NCBI GenBank assembly: GCA_002495525.1
Contig: DAFS01000037.1
Coordinates: 19,103 to 83,102, forward strand
Direction: 5' to 3'
Source: Euryarchaeota archaeon UBA89
GTDB lineage: Archaea > Thermoplasmatota > Poseidoniia > Poseidoniales > Thalassarchaeaceae
Length of the DNA: 64,000 bases
In this document: piece by piece, positions 1-8,977 of the stretch
Layout of the letters: the number at the start of each line of letters is the position of its first letter
How positions within the stretch are numbered: position 1 is the stretch's first letter
The notes under the pieces: model-generated
What the model saw: only the letters and a program-made list of their open reading frames with translations
Databases searched by the model: none
What the model was told of the DNA's origin: nothing
Position numbers and translations under genes: made by a program

Positions 1-1
1 C

Positions 2-226
2 TACCCACTGCTTTTTTAGATGTCCAGTGGCCGAAAATGCAGGTTTAGATTCGTTTACAAACATATATTTTTTCCCTTCTATTGATGGGTCAAAACCCTC
101 TAAGTTCCCATATGAAATTTCTGACATATCGCTATCTGGAATAGGAGCTGCCATAGCAAGTGGTGATAGACTTGCAAGTAACATTACCATTACAATAAAT
201 AATGGAGTAGTTAGATTGTTTTGCAT
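2..226 (-). CDS. 5' end of a secreted or membrane protein gene that runs off the left edge (partial)
   Basis: A reverse-strand ATG at 226-224 opens MQNNLTTPLFIVMVMLLASLSPLAMAAPIPDSD..., which has the n-h-c shape of a signal peptide. The frame stays open to the window edge. It is absent from the ORF track because there is no stop inside the window. Confidence 0.4.
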   Translation of the reverse strand, partial: MQNNLTTPLFIVMVMLLASLSPLAMAAPIPDSDMSEISYGNLEGFDPSIEGKKYMFVNESKPAFSATGHLKKQWV

Positions 227-299
227 ATTATTTAGTCTCAATAGCCTCACATCCTGTTTATTACTAGTTAATGCCCGTTTGAGACCTATTTTAACATCG

Positions 300-1349
300 A
301 TGGAGCATCGTTCGTACATGACAGAGCATAGGGGAGGTCACAAATCTGTTTGGTTGATATTTTTAATACTATTATTTTCCTCATTTTCAGCCTCTGTTTC
401 TTCTAATTCATCTTTAGATAATGAACCAAAGAATGTAGAAAAAATCTCTCCAGAAGTAATTGAAATTCTACCTCATGATTCCTCAGCATTTACACAAGGA
501 TTATTATTTCTAGATAGTAAATTGTATGAAAGTACTGGATTGTATGGTGAATCAAGTATTCGAATTGTTAACACCACGACAGGAGAAATCGAGTTGATAA
601 CTAATTTATCAGAAATATATTTTGCAGAGGGTATAACAGTATCAAATAATAGCATTATACAGTTAACATGGAGGGAGAATATTGGATTTATTTACAACTC
701 TTCAACATTAGAAAATATTGGAAATTTTTCTATTGATGGTGAAGGGTGGGGGATTTGTACTACTCCAAATGGGGATATATGGCTTTCAGATGGTTCTTAT
801 CAATTATCAAAAATAAATCCAAACAATCTTTCATCAATCACCGACTCACTAACGGTGTTCTACAATAACTCTCCAATTAATAGGTTGAATGAACTTGAAT
901 GTCCTTTTGATTCAGGTTTAATTTTCTCAAATATCTGGCTCGAAGATAAAATATTAGCAATCAACTCTTCAACTGGTGATGTATGTTCAGAATATGATTT
1001 TTCAGAAATTCGCATGCAATATGAAAATAATAATTCACGGGAATTGAATGGTATTGCTTATGATCATGAATCGTCTCTTTTTTGGATTACTGGGAAAAAT
1101 TGGTCGAACTATTATCTTGTTGATTTACAGATAAATTCTGACTTTTGTCAACTCTCTGAAAAATCAGAAATTTGTTGTACTGAAGATAATTTTTCTTTAT
1201 TTGATTTTCTATTACTTATCTCAGTTGCAATATTTCTTATGCCTTTTTCATGGCCTATTTTTGGAATGATATTTTACAAAATATTTAGGCGACAAACTCA
1301 ACATCCCCCCCCTCCTCGCAATATTGAAGAATTACCAGAGGGGCAATGA
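300..1349 (+). CDS. Glutamine cyclotransferase (plant/bacterial-type glutaminyl cyclase), membrane-anchored
   Basis: Motifs HDSSAFTQGL, LYESTGLYGESSIR, AEGITV, QLTWRE..GFIY, GEGWGI and LNELE follow the glutamine cyclotransferase (PF05096) pattern. A hydrophobic N-terminus (WLIFLILLFSSFSASVSS) follows ATG 300 (alternative ATG 318). The C-terminus has a TM helix and an HPPPPR tail. The ORF-track start at 27 is rejected. Confidence 0.8.
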   Translation: MEHRSYMTEHRGGHKSVWLIFLILLFSSFSASVSSNSSLDNEPKNVEKISPEVIEILPHDSSAFTQGLLFLDSKLYESTGLYGESSIRIVNTTTGEIELITNLSEIYFAEGITVSNNSIIQLTWRENIGFIYNSSTLENIGNFSIDGEGWGICTTPNGDIWLSDGSYQLSKINPNNLSSITDSLTVFYNNSPINRLNELECPFDSGLIFSNIWLEDKILAINSSTGDVCSEYDFSEIRMQYENNNSRELNGIAYDHESSLFWITGKNWSNYYLVDLQINSDFCQLSEKSEICCTEDNFSLFDFLLLISVAIFLMPFSWPIFGMIFYKIFRRQTQHPPPPRNIEELPEGQ

Positions 1350-2090
1350 ATGAGTGATGAAGATAATGATTCAGGATTTGAATTATGGCTACATGATCTT
1401 TCTATTGACCCAGCCACTAGAGTAGCTGGAGCAATTTTGATTATTCTTGGGAGTGCTTTAGGTGCGATGCTTGGTGTTTTACTTATGGCCGCTGATCCAG
1501 CAGATATTATGGGTCAGATAGGTGAAGGTCAATCTTCTGATACAGTTAATGGACTAGTAATTTCATCCTTGGATAATAATTCTGGGGGTGATCCAATCGA
1601 AGGAGTATTGATTGAATTATTGAATGAAGATAGAACTACAATTGGAAGCGATATCACTGATTCCGGAGGTCGTTTTTCAATAATTGATGCACCTAGACAG
1701 TCATCTATCCTATATGTTCAACACCCTGATAACAATACAGTAGAAATATTACTAGTGCCTGGTGATCATTCTCAAATTGTAGTCACTCTAGAACCAGGTG
1801 ATGGATTTATTGGCCCTATTGATATGAGAGGAGATAGTAATCTTGCAGACTCTGTTTTTGTAGGATTCTTTATTGCAGCAATTACCTTACTTACTGGTTT
1901 AGCAGGAATTGTTGGCGGATTGGAGGTATATAATGGAAATAAATATAATCGGTCTTGGTGGCTAACTTTCTTTGGTTTATTTAGTCGAGGGATGATTTTC
2001 ATAGGTCCTCTACTTATTCTAATTGGACTTGGATTAATGTACCTGACTAGAGATCAGTTTACTGATTATATTTCTTCAGAGGGACAATGA
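1350..2090 (+). CDS. Multi-pass membrane protein with a carboxypeptidase-regulatory-like beta-sandwich ectodomain
   Basis: It has an N-terminal TM, a segment GVLIELLNEDRTTIGSDITDSGGRFSIIDAP resembling CarboxypepD_reg, and C-terminal TM helices. Its ATG directly follows the upstream stop (TGAATG) and has a GAGGGG Shine-Dalgarno inside the upstream coding end. Confidence 0.55.
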   Translation: MSDEDNDSGFELWLHDLSIDPATRVAGAILIILGSALGAMLGVLLMAADPADIMGQIGEGQSSDTVNGLVISSLDNNSGGDPIEGVLIELLNEDRTTIGSDITDSGGRFSIIDAPRQSSILYVQHPDNNTVEILLVPGDHSQIVVTLEPGDGFIGPIDMRGDSNLADSVFVGFFIAAITLLTGLAGIVGGLEVYNGNKYNRSWWLTFFGLFSRGMIFIGPLLILIGLGLMYLTRDQFTDYISSEGQ

Positions 2091-2095
2091 TTTAG

Positions 2096-3439
2096 ATGTA
2101 TCTAATCAGTGTCGAAGGAGGAGATGGTAGTGGTAAAGGTCTTGCAACTAAAGTCATAGCTGAAGTTCTTGAAAAAGAATTTACATTTACTTCAGTTGAA
2201 GTCACAGGGGAACCCAGAAGAGATCATCCTCTCGGGCGTCTTGCTATAAATTCAGTACGAACAAAAACAATGACTCCTGAGGGAGAAGCAGGTCTATTTG
2301 CTGCAGATAGGGTCGATCATTCACATGGTTGGATATTACCTCGATTGGAGGAGGGAAGAGTAGTGGTAAGTGAAAGAAATGTTCATTCTTCGCTTATTTA
2401 TCAAGGAATTGTAGGTGGTTTAGGATTGGAAAAAGTTTCTCATATGAATTCTGCAGCCTTAGTCCCTGATCTATGTATTTGGGTAGATTGTGACCCCGAT
2501 TTAGCCTTGAATAGAATTAGGACCGGTACTCTCCGTGCTCACTCTGAGAAAGAAGAATATTTTGAGACTAGTTCCTTGCAGAAGGAGATTAGGTCGGGAT
2601 ATCATAGCTTGCTTTCTGGGGAATTAGAAATGCCTACTCCATTTGATATGGGGGCAATTATTGGCCCAGTTTTAAATGAAGGAAGTGAAGAAGAATTCAG
2701 AAATCAGTTGAGAATGAGAGTAAGGAGATTTTTGAACTCTCATCCAAATCCAATTAATGTTAAGGTAGAAATCGTAGAGCAAAATCTAATAAGAAAATTA
2801 TTGATTAAAAGTAAGGGTCAAACTACTCTTGTTGGACTTGGTGTTGAACCGAATAATACTCGTGATGATTGGCTCAATGACAAGAAACCATGGCAGGTTC
2901 TTAAAAGTGCTCAAAAACAACATGATGATGTTCTATCAAATCATGAAGGTAATGTATTACCCTATATTCCAAAAAGCGTCCTCTCTCATTCAATATCATC
3001 TATAGTTGGGACATTATCAATTATGGCTAACGCAGATGTTGGAGAGTTACGATATGCACAAGGTCCAATCAGGGCAGTTTCTGAAAGTCATTGTCATAAA
3101 ATAATCAGATATCTAAACGATGATTTAGATTGGTTACACCAACATCGCTCATTAATTGGAAGAGATACGGCTAGAAACCAGATTAAAGAACAATTCTTGC
3201 CATTCGGTTATCTTTCACTAGCAGTTTGGCCTCTCAGGAAAGTTATAAAAACGTGGATAGGGAAAAATCCGAGTACTCATATTCGATTTTGTATAGGTCA
3301 AATTATTAGTTCAGGAAGACATTCTGTAGCAGTTAATAGCTGTATCCAGAGGATTAGAATTTTGGGTTCTGGTAATTCATCTATCAAAGCACCCATTGAT
3401 GAAAAGGATTTGGTAAGATGGTGGCAAGGAAAAAATTAG
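2096..3439 (+). CDS. tmk: Thymidylate kinase (N-terminal ~200 aa) fused to an uncharacterised ~240-aa C-terminal domain
   Basis: The P-loop VEGGDGSGKG, TGEP, LFAADRVDH, SERNVHSSLIYQG and PDLCIWVDCDPDLALNRI follow the dTMP kinase motif order. Residues from about 205 to 447 match nothing I recognise. Confidence 0.75.
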   Translation: MYLISVEGGDGSGKGLATKVIAEVLEKEFTFTSVEVTGEPRRDHPLGRLAINSVRTKTMTPEGEAGLFAADRVDHSHGWILPRLEEGRVVVSERNVHSSLIYQGIVGGLGLEKVSHMNSAALVPDLCIWVDCDPDLALNRIRTGTLRAHSEKEEYFETSSLQKEIRSGYHSLLSGELEMPTPFDMGAIIGPVLNEGSEEEFRNQLRMRVRRFLNSHPNPINVKVEIVEQNLIRKLLIKSKGQTTLVGLGVEPNNTRDDWLNDKKPWQVLKSAQKQHDDVLSNHEGNVLPYIPKSVLSHSISSIVGTLSIMANADVGELRYAQGPIRAVSESHCHKIIRYLNDDLDWLHQHRSLIGRDTARNQIKEQFLPFGYLSLAVWPLRKVIKTWIGKNPSTHIRFCIGQIISSGRHSVAVNSCIQRIRILGSGNSSIKAPIDEKDLVRWWQGKN

Positions 3440-4185
3440 TCTTTGAATACTAATCTAGCATTTGCAGGAAGTTTGACTTGACTTGAATCTGCAAAATCTT
3501 CTGTTTTCGAACTAATTGCAGCACAGAACCACCATGATAGAACAAATCCTGCTATGGTACCAGTAACCAATCTGATAGGATTAGTTGACTCATAATCAGT
3601 TAAAAGTTGATAAAAACCATCAAAACCTATCGGCAAAGCTCCTATTGAAAGAAACAAAATCATACCAAGCATTCTTCTATCTTTGATGTATAATGAACTA
3701 ATATTTTCATCTCTGAATACAGATAGGAAAGAATCCCTAACAGTCCATCTATTCAAGCCTTTAGATCTCCAAAACAATGCTCCCATGAATAAACCTAGGA
3801 ACAATCCTACATCTCTAACACATACAGCTAATTGGTTACCATTTATTTCCCAAGACCTCTCACTTTTTTGATGACAATTGAGATCTCCAAAAGAGTAGAC
3901 AAATGCTGCTACTGGATTTAGTTCCGTCCAACTGAAGTAACCAAATATTTCTTGGTTTTGTCCTATATCGTCATTCTGGCCATTATTCTGATTCCCCCAA
4001 GAACCCCAACCATCTTCAGTGGCATAATCTATTCTATTTGCTCTTCCCGAAAGTTCAGGTACCGAGTTCGTAACTAAGAAAACTGGTATTATGAATAAAA
4101 GAATCAAGTATAATCCTGTTATTGACGCAATGAGTCTACCAACCTTTTCTTCTCGGGTCCTTTCCTCCCGTCCATTGGGTAACAT
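3436..4185 (-). CDS. DUF2085-family membrane protein
   Basis: NCHQKSERSWEINGNQLAVCVRDVGLFLG matches the DUF2085 signature CHQ..RS....G....C.R..G. Several TM helices are present. Confidence 0.6.
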   Translation of the reverse strand: MLPNGREERTREEKVGRLIASITGLYLILLFIIPVFLVTNSVPELSGRANRIDYATEDGWGSWGNQNNGQNDDIGQNQEIFGYFSWTELNPVAAFVYSFGDLNCHQKSERSWEINGNQLAVCVRDVGLFLGLFMGALFWRSKGLNRWTVRDSFLSVFRDENISSLYIKDRRMLGMILFLSIGALPIGFDGFYQLLTDYESTNPIRLVTGTIAGFVLSWWFCAAISSKTEDFADSSQVKLPANARLVFKD

Positions 4186-4234
4186 CTAAACTAATACAGT
4201 TAATTTTTGGATATAAATGATTTGAATTTATAAT

Positions 4235-4375
4235 TCATGAATAAATCGGAACTCCTTCACAACATGCTTCTACAACTCTTCTACAATTAGGGCATTCCAT
4301 GTGCTGTCTAACTGGTATTGCTGCTCCTAAGAAGCCACAAACACAAGTTATTTCTTTACAATGGTCGTAGTCCAC
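4235..4375 (-). CDS. Candidate small Cys-rich protein (46 aa, GTG start) downstream of sufD
   Basis: The reverse-strand frame reads VDYDHCKEITCVCGFLGAAIPVRQHMECPNCRRVVEACCEGVPIYS*, with 7 Cys in 46 aa. It fills most of an otherwise empty 224-nt gap. The start codon is uncertain: GTG at 4375, and the only in-frame ATG would give about 20 aa. Confidence 0.25.
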   Translation of the reverse strand: MDYDHCKEITCVCGFLGAAIPVRQHMECPNCRRVVEACCEGVPIYS

Positions 4376-4409
4376 AAGATGTCTAAAGCAACTAGGTTCT
4401 AATTTGTTT

Positions 4410-5540
4410 CTATGTTGTCAAAGTCTTTAATTCATCTTGTAAGTTCTCTGCCAACCATTGATGTAAGGTTTCACTTCCCATTTCTGAGAGAGTAGTATTT
4501 AGAAAAGCCGCTATCAGTGCATCTTTTGCATCGTCTGGACTGAAACCTCTAGCTTCTAGATAGAATAATTGCTCTTCATCAACGGGGCCATTAGCAGTTC
4601 CATGTCCACAACCAACCACGTCATGTTCGCTAACTTCTAGTTCAGGGATACTGTCTGCTTCTGCCTTCTTTGAGAGTAATAGGTTACGGAATAACTGACC
4701 CGCATCTGCACCTTTAGATCCATCAGATACTCTTAGCATCCCAGTACCTATTGTTCTACTATTCCCTCCACAAGCAGAATGCCAGTCTAGTCTACTGTAT
4801 GTCTCTGGAGCATCATGGTATATCTCTATGTGATGATCTATATGCATTCTTTCTGCTGACAAGATAGAACCGAGAACTCTAAGGTTACTACCGTTTTCAT
4901 TCATCATGTATCTTAAATCAGCCTTGGTTTTTTCAGATCCTGAACTGATACTTCCCGCTTTAACTTGAGAATCTTTACCAATATTAATTGCGTCAACTCT
5001 TAGTAAAGTTCCACTTTTCATTTGACCAACAACTACATCATTTATTATCGATCCTTCGCCAATATTCGCTTTACGCAATAATCCAAACCATCCTGGTTCT
5101 CCTTCGATTAATGTGATTAGTTCAAACTCACAATGCCTTCCGATTTCAATACTCAGATTAATAGCCGAATTTACCGATTCAGAATCAATTCTCAATAGAA
5201 CGGGTTGTTCTAAAACAGTATTGTTTTTTACTTTGAAAGTAAATTTGGAATCCTGAGATACCGACTCTATGAAACTCATAGAAATTTGGTCACTAAAGCT
5301 ATTTTTCATACTTTTACTATATTCCTTGGTTATACTAACTTCATTTGGTACATCACTACCATCAAGGAAAGATAAATTTATGTTAGGTTGCTTATAGTTA
5401 CTGGGTATTTCTCTAATATTTCCAGTTGGATGAATTCTCTTCCATGGAGAATATCTCCATAGATGATCCGAATTATCTGGTTCATCAAGAGAGAGGTATA
5501 ATTCTTCGGGATTCATTTGGATATACCCCCAATTAACCAA
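4410..5540 (-). CDS. sufD: Fe-S cluster assembly protein SufD
   Basis: The SufB/D-family C-terminus is present ([38 protein letters not shown]). The gene lies directly after sufB and overlaps it by 8 nt. Confidence 0.85.
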   Translation of the reverse strand: MVNWGYIQMNPEELYLSLDEPDNSDHLWRYSPWKRIHPTGNIREIPSNYKQPNINLSFLDGSDVPNEVSITKEYSKSMKNSFSDQISMSFIESVSQDSKFTFKVKNNTVLEQPVLLRIDSESVNSAINLSIEIGRHCEFELITLIEGEPGWFGLLRKANIGEGSIINDVVVGQMKSGTLLRVDAINIGKDSQVKAGSISSGSEKTKADLRYMMNENGSNLRVLGSILSAERMHIDHHIEIYHDAPETYSRLDWHSACGGNSRTIGTGMLRVSDGSKGADAGQLFRNLLLSKKAEADSIPELEVSEHDVVGCGHGTANGPVDEEQLFYLEARGFSPDDAKDALIAAFLNTTLSEMGSETLHQWLAENLQDELKTLTT

Positions 5541-6954
5541 TGCTTCCTTCCATTTCCAATGCCATTAACTTATTGAGTTCAACAGCATATTCCATTGGAA
5601 GTTCTCTGGTAAAAGGTTCGAAGAATCCATTCACAATCAGTGCTAATGCTTCTTCTTCTGAATGTCCTCTACTCATCAAATAGAACAATTGGTTGTCACT
5701 AACCTTTGAAACACTAGCTTCATGTTCACAACGTGCCGTAGGATTCGCTACTTCCATTGTCGGATATGTGTCACTTCTACTATCCTCGTCCAGAATTAAA
5801 GCATCACAGACTACATTTAATTTACAATTTTCAGCTTTAGGAGAAACCTTTACTAGCCCCCTGTATGAACCTCTACCACCATCTTTACTGATTGATTTAG
5901 ATAATATTTTGCTTGTTGTATTGCTTGCTAAGTGGTGTATTTTTGCACCAGCATCTTGATGTTGACCTGAACCGGAATATGCTACTGAAATAACCTCTGC
6001 ATGAGATCCTTCTCCTTTGAGAATAACAGAAGGATACTTCATTGTTAGTTTACTACCTATATTTCCATCTACCCATTCAATTTTCGCTTTCTCATGAGCA
6101 ATTCCTCTTTTTGTAACAAGGTTGTATACGTTAGCACTCCAATTCTGGACAGTACTGTATCTAATGTGTGCCCCAGGTAAAGCGATTAGTTCAACTACTG
6201 CTGAATGCAATGAATCTGTGGAATAAGTTGGTGCAGTACATCCTTCAACATAATGTATACTACTACCTTCGTCGGCAATAATCAAAGTTCTTTCAAATTG
6301 ACCCATATTTTTAGCATTAATTCTAAAATATGCTTGAACGGGTAACTCTACATGAACTCCTTTGGGTACGTAGATAAATGATCCACCTGACCAAACTGCA
6401 GTGTTTAGTGCACTAAATTTATTGTCAGAGTAAGGAACTACACTACCGAACCATTCTTTTACTAATTCTTCATATTCTCTTAGGCCACTATCCATGTCCA
6501 AGAAAATCACTCCTTGTTTTTCGAGATCTTCCCTGATTGAATGATAAACTGCCTCAGATTCATATTGGGCAGTTACACCACTAAGCCATTTTTGTTCGGC
6601 ATCCGGTATACCCAATTTATCGAATGTATTCCTAATATCTTCAGGGACATCTTCCCAATCATTTTCTGTAGCTTTGGATGACCTTAGATAATAGCAAATT
6701 GATTCGAAATCAATTTGCTTTAGCATAGACATATTTCCCCACGTGGGCATCGGTCTTTCATCAAAATGTTTGAATGCCTTTACTCTCATTTCAGTCATCC
6801 ATTCAGGCTCATTTTTTAACTCTGAAATATCTCTGACAACTTTTTCCGATAGACCCGCATCAAATCGAATTGTTGAATTCTCCGGGTCGTGCCATCCTGC
6901 CTTGTAATCTCCTACTGCTTCCCTTGCATCACTATCTGCCATATTTACCACCAT
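5533..6954 (-). CDS. sufB: Fe-S cluster assembly protein SufB
   Basis: It has typical SufB length and motifs ([54 protein letters not shown]). Its start abuts the sufC stop (TAAATG). Confidence 0.95.
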   Translation of the reverse strand: MVVNMADSDAREAVGDYKAGWHDPENSTIRFDAGLSEKVVRDISELKNEPEWMTEMRVKAFKHFDERPMPTWGNMSMLKQIDFESICYYLRSSKATENDWEDVPEDIRNTFDKLGIPDAEQKWLSGVTAQYESEAVYHSIREDLEKQGVIFLDMDSGLREYEELVKEWFGSVVPYSDNKFSALNTAVWSGGSFIYVPKGVHVELPVQAYFRINAKNMGQFERTLIIADEGSSIHYVEGCTAPTYSTDSLHSAVVELIALPGAHIRYSTVQNWSANVYNLVTKRGIAHEKAKIEWVDGNIGSKLTMKYPSVILKGEGSHAEVISVAYSGSGQHQDAGAKIHHLASNTTSKILSKSISKDGGRGSYRGLVKVSPKAENCKLNVVCDALILDEDSRSDTYPTMEVANPTARCEHEASVSKVSDNQLFYLMSRGHSEEEALALIVNGFFEPFTRELPMEYAVELNKLMALEMEGSIG

Positions 6955-7719
6955 TTAATCCTCAGAACCTTCTTCGAGCCAGTCATAACCTCTTTCTTCA
7001 AGTTCTAATGCCAATTCAGGACCTCCTGTTTTGACAATCTTACCAGAAATTAGAACATGTATCTTATCAGGTTTAACATGTTCAAGAATTCTAGAGTAAT
7101 GGGTAATTATTAAAGCACCAGATTCAGTACCTCTAATGGCAGCATTAATTCCCTTAGCAACAGTTCTGATACCATCAATATCTAATCCCGAATCAGTTTC
7201 ATCCAGAATTGCTAATTTTGGTTTCATTAGCATAAGCTGTAAAATTTCGAATCTCTTTTTTTCTCCTCCACTAAATCCATCATTGACATACCTTCCAAGA
7301 AATGAAGAAGGAATATCTAATTCCTTCATAGATTCTTTTAATTTATTTCTAAATTCTTTACCCTTGGCTGCTTCCTCTCCCAGAATTGCTGCAACAGATT
7401 TTCTTAGGAAGTTTCCAACCTGTAGGCCGGGAACTGATTGCGGATATTGGAATGATAAAAATACTCCTTCTCTTGCTCTTTCCCAAGTCTCCATTTCGAG
7501 TAGATTCTCACCATTTAGCTCAACAATACCACTTTCTACTTCATAGTCAGGATGTCCCATGATAATATTTGCAGTAGTAGTTTTTCCACTCCCATTTCTC
7601 CCCATAATCGCATGAATTTCTCCGGGCTTTATCTCTAAATTAATGCCCTTCAAGATAGATGTATCATCAATACATGCATACAAATCTTGGATATTTAATA
7701 GTTTTAAATCTTTAGACAT
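6955..7719 (-). CDS. sufC: Fe-S cluster assembly ATPase SufC
   Basis: It has Walker A GRNGSGKTT, the ABC signature FSGGEKKR and Walker B LAILDETDSGLD. It is the first gene of the sufCBD operon. Confidence 0.95.
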   Translation of the reverse strand: MSKDLKLLNIQDLYACIDDTSILKGINLEIKPGEIHAIMGRNGSGKTTTANIIMGHPDYEVESGIVELNGENLLEMETWERAREGVFLSFQYPQSVPGLQVGNFLRKSVAAILGEEAAKGKEFRNKLKESMKELDIPSSFLGRYVNDGFSGGEKKRFEILQLMLMKPKLAILDETDSGLDIDGIRTVAKGINAAIRGTESGALIITHYSRILEHVKPDKIHVLISGKIVKTGGPELALELEERGYDWLEEGSED

Positions 7720-7845
7720 GTTAGTTCCTAACCTTTCGTGTATGCCGCCCCTTTTGAATAAATGCTTATTCCCCTAATAAATCATACCTCAGATTATAGT
7801 TTTTTTTGGTCACCCTAAAATGAAATAGCATACTCGGGATGATTA

Positions 7846-8343
7846 ATGAGCGACCACTCGGATAATAAATTACCCGTTGTGGAAGATTTATCTGAATCAT
7901 ATAGAAAACAGATTGAAGGTGTAATTAAAGAAGAAGCTATGCGTCGTATTTCTGAATCACAATCTCCTGAAGAATTAGAAAGATTAACAAGTTTGTCATT
8001 GGTAAATTTATATGAATCGAATGATTCCGATTTAATTCCTGCCCTGATGTCTAGGTTAGGAGTAGTTAGAGCAGCTCTGGACGGTCATGGAGGAGGTCTC
8101 TTGGTTACCTCAGTTGAAATCGAGACGAATAGTATTGGTGACAGAGTATTATCTTTAATCCTAGATTTGGATGGTGCTTGTGTCTCGTGTGGTGCTGCTC
8201 CAGGTACGCTTAAGGGAATTCAGGATGATTTACTGATGGATAAGGAAGTAGTTTCTGTTCGATTTACAGTCTCAATGCTAGAATGGTTCGATGAGATTCA
8301 AAAAGAGTTTGTGTTGAAATTTGGAGGAGTAGTTTTCGTTTAG
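7846..8343 (+). CDS. NifU C-terminal (Nfu-type) Fe-S scaffold/carrier domain protein
   Basis: DGHGGGLLVTSVE...LDLDGACVSCGAAPGTLKGIQDDL matches the Nfu CxxC domain. The gene is divergent from sufCBD. Confidence 0.7.
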   Translation: MSDHSDNKLPVVEDLSESYRKQIEGVIKEEAMRRISESQSPEELERLTSLSLVNLYESNDSDLIPALMSRLGVVRAALDGHGGGLLVTSVEIETNSIGDRVLSLILDLDGACVSCGAAPGTLKGIQDDLLMDKEVVSVRFTVSMLEWFDEIQKEFVLKFGGVVFV

Positions 8344-8975
8344 ATTATCTTTTCAAATTCATCAATAGCTTGTTTCGAAAAACCTAGTACAGTTACTTCT
8401 TCTCCTTCAATGATTTTTGTGTACTGACTAGCCGCTCCAGCGAAATCATAACCTCCAGCCTTCCCAACCCATGAATCACTTTCAACTAAAGAAATCAAAT
8501 CTTCTTCTCTTAAATCATCAAATTCTACTATTGCAAAATCAGTCCAAATTCTATACCTCCATTCGGAATACAGTTTTTGATATTGATTATTATTCCGAGT
8601 CAATATTGCTGTTGAAGACCAAACTCTATGCCTTTTCCCAGAAAGTCTCAGTAACATACTCGTAGCTTTCATTCTATCTCCGGGTTTCCCTAATGCTATT
8701 TTTTCCCCTTCAGGGGCTTCTACTAAAGTGTCAGATACAATTATCATTTCTGGATCATTAAAGGTGTCTGATTCTCTAAAACTCCATTCTAAAGCCGCAG
8801 ATTCCGCCTTTGAAAAACAAATATCTGCCGACTGCTTTTCCACAGTTTCGCTATTTCCAATATTTTTTTCTTTACTTAGTAGAGGCTTACAAATTAGTTC
8901 AATACTCTCATAACGACCATTTAACCAATCCGATCTCCTCTCGGAAGCAGATGCAAGTAGGACTCGCACTATCAC
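8340..8975 (-). CDS. maf: Maf-like nucleoside triphosphate pyrophosphatase
   Basis: LLASASERR, IVSDTLV, GKPGDRMKATSMLLRLSGKRHRV and GKAGGYDFAG follow the Maf family pattern. Confidence 0.8.
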   Translation of the reverse strand: MIVRVLLASASERRSDWLNGRYESIELICKPLLSKEKNIGNSETVEKQSADICFSKAESAALEWSFRESDTFNDPEMIIVSDTLVEAPEGEKIALGKPGDRMKATSMLLRLSGKRHRVWSSTAILTRNNNQYQKLYSEWRYRIWTDFAIVEFDDLREEDLISLVESDSWVGKAGGYDFAGAASQYTKIIEGEEVTVLGFSKQAIDEFEKII

Positions 8976-8977
8976 AC

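Noticed and set aside
27-299. N-terminal 91 codons of the ORF-track protein 27..1349
   Set aside because: This segment has no family features and overlaps a convincing reverse-strand signal-peptide ORF. A proper signal-like N-terminus follows the internal ATG at 300.
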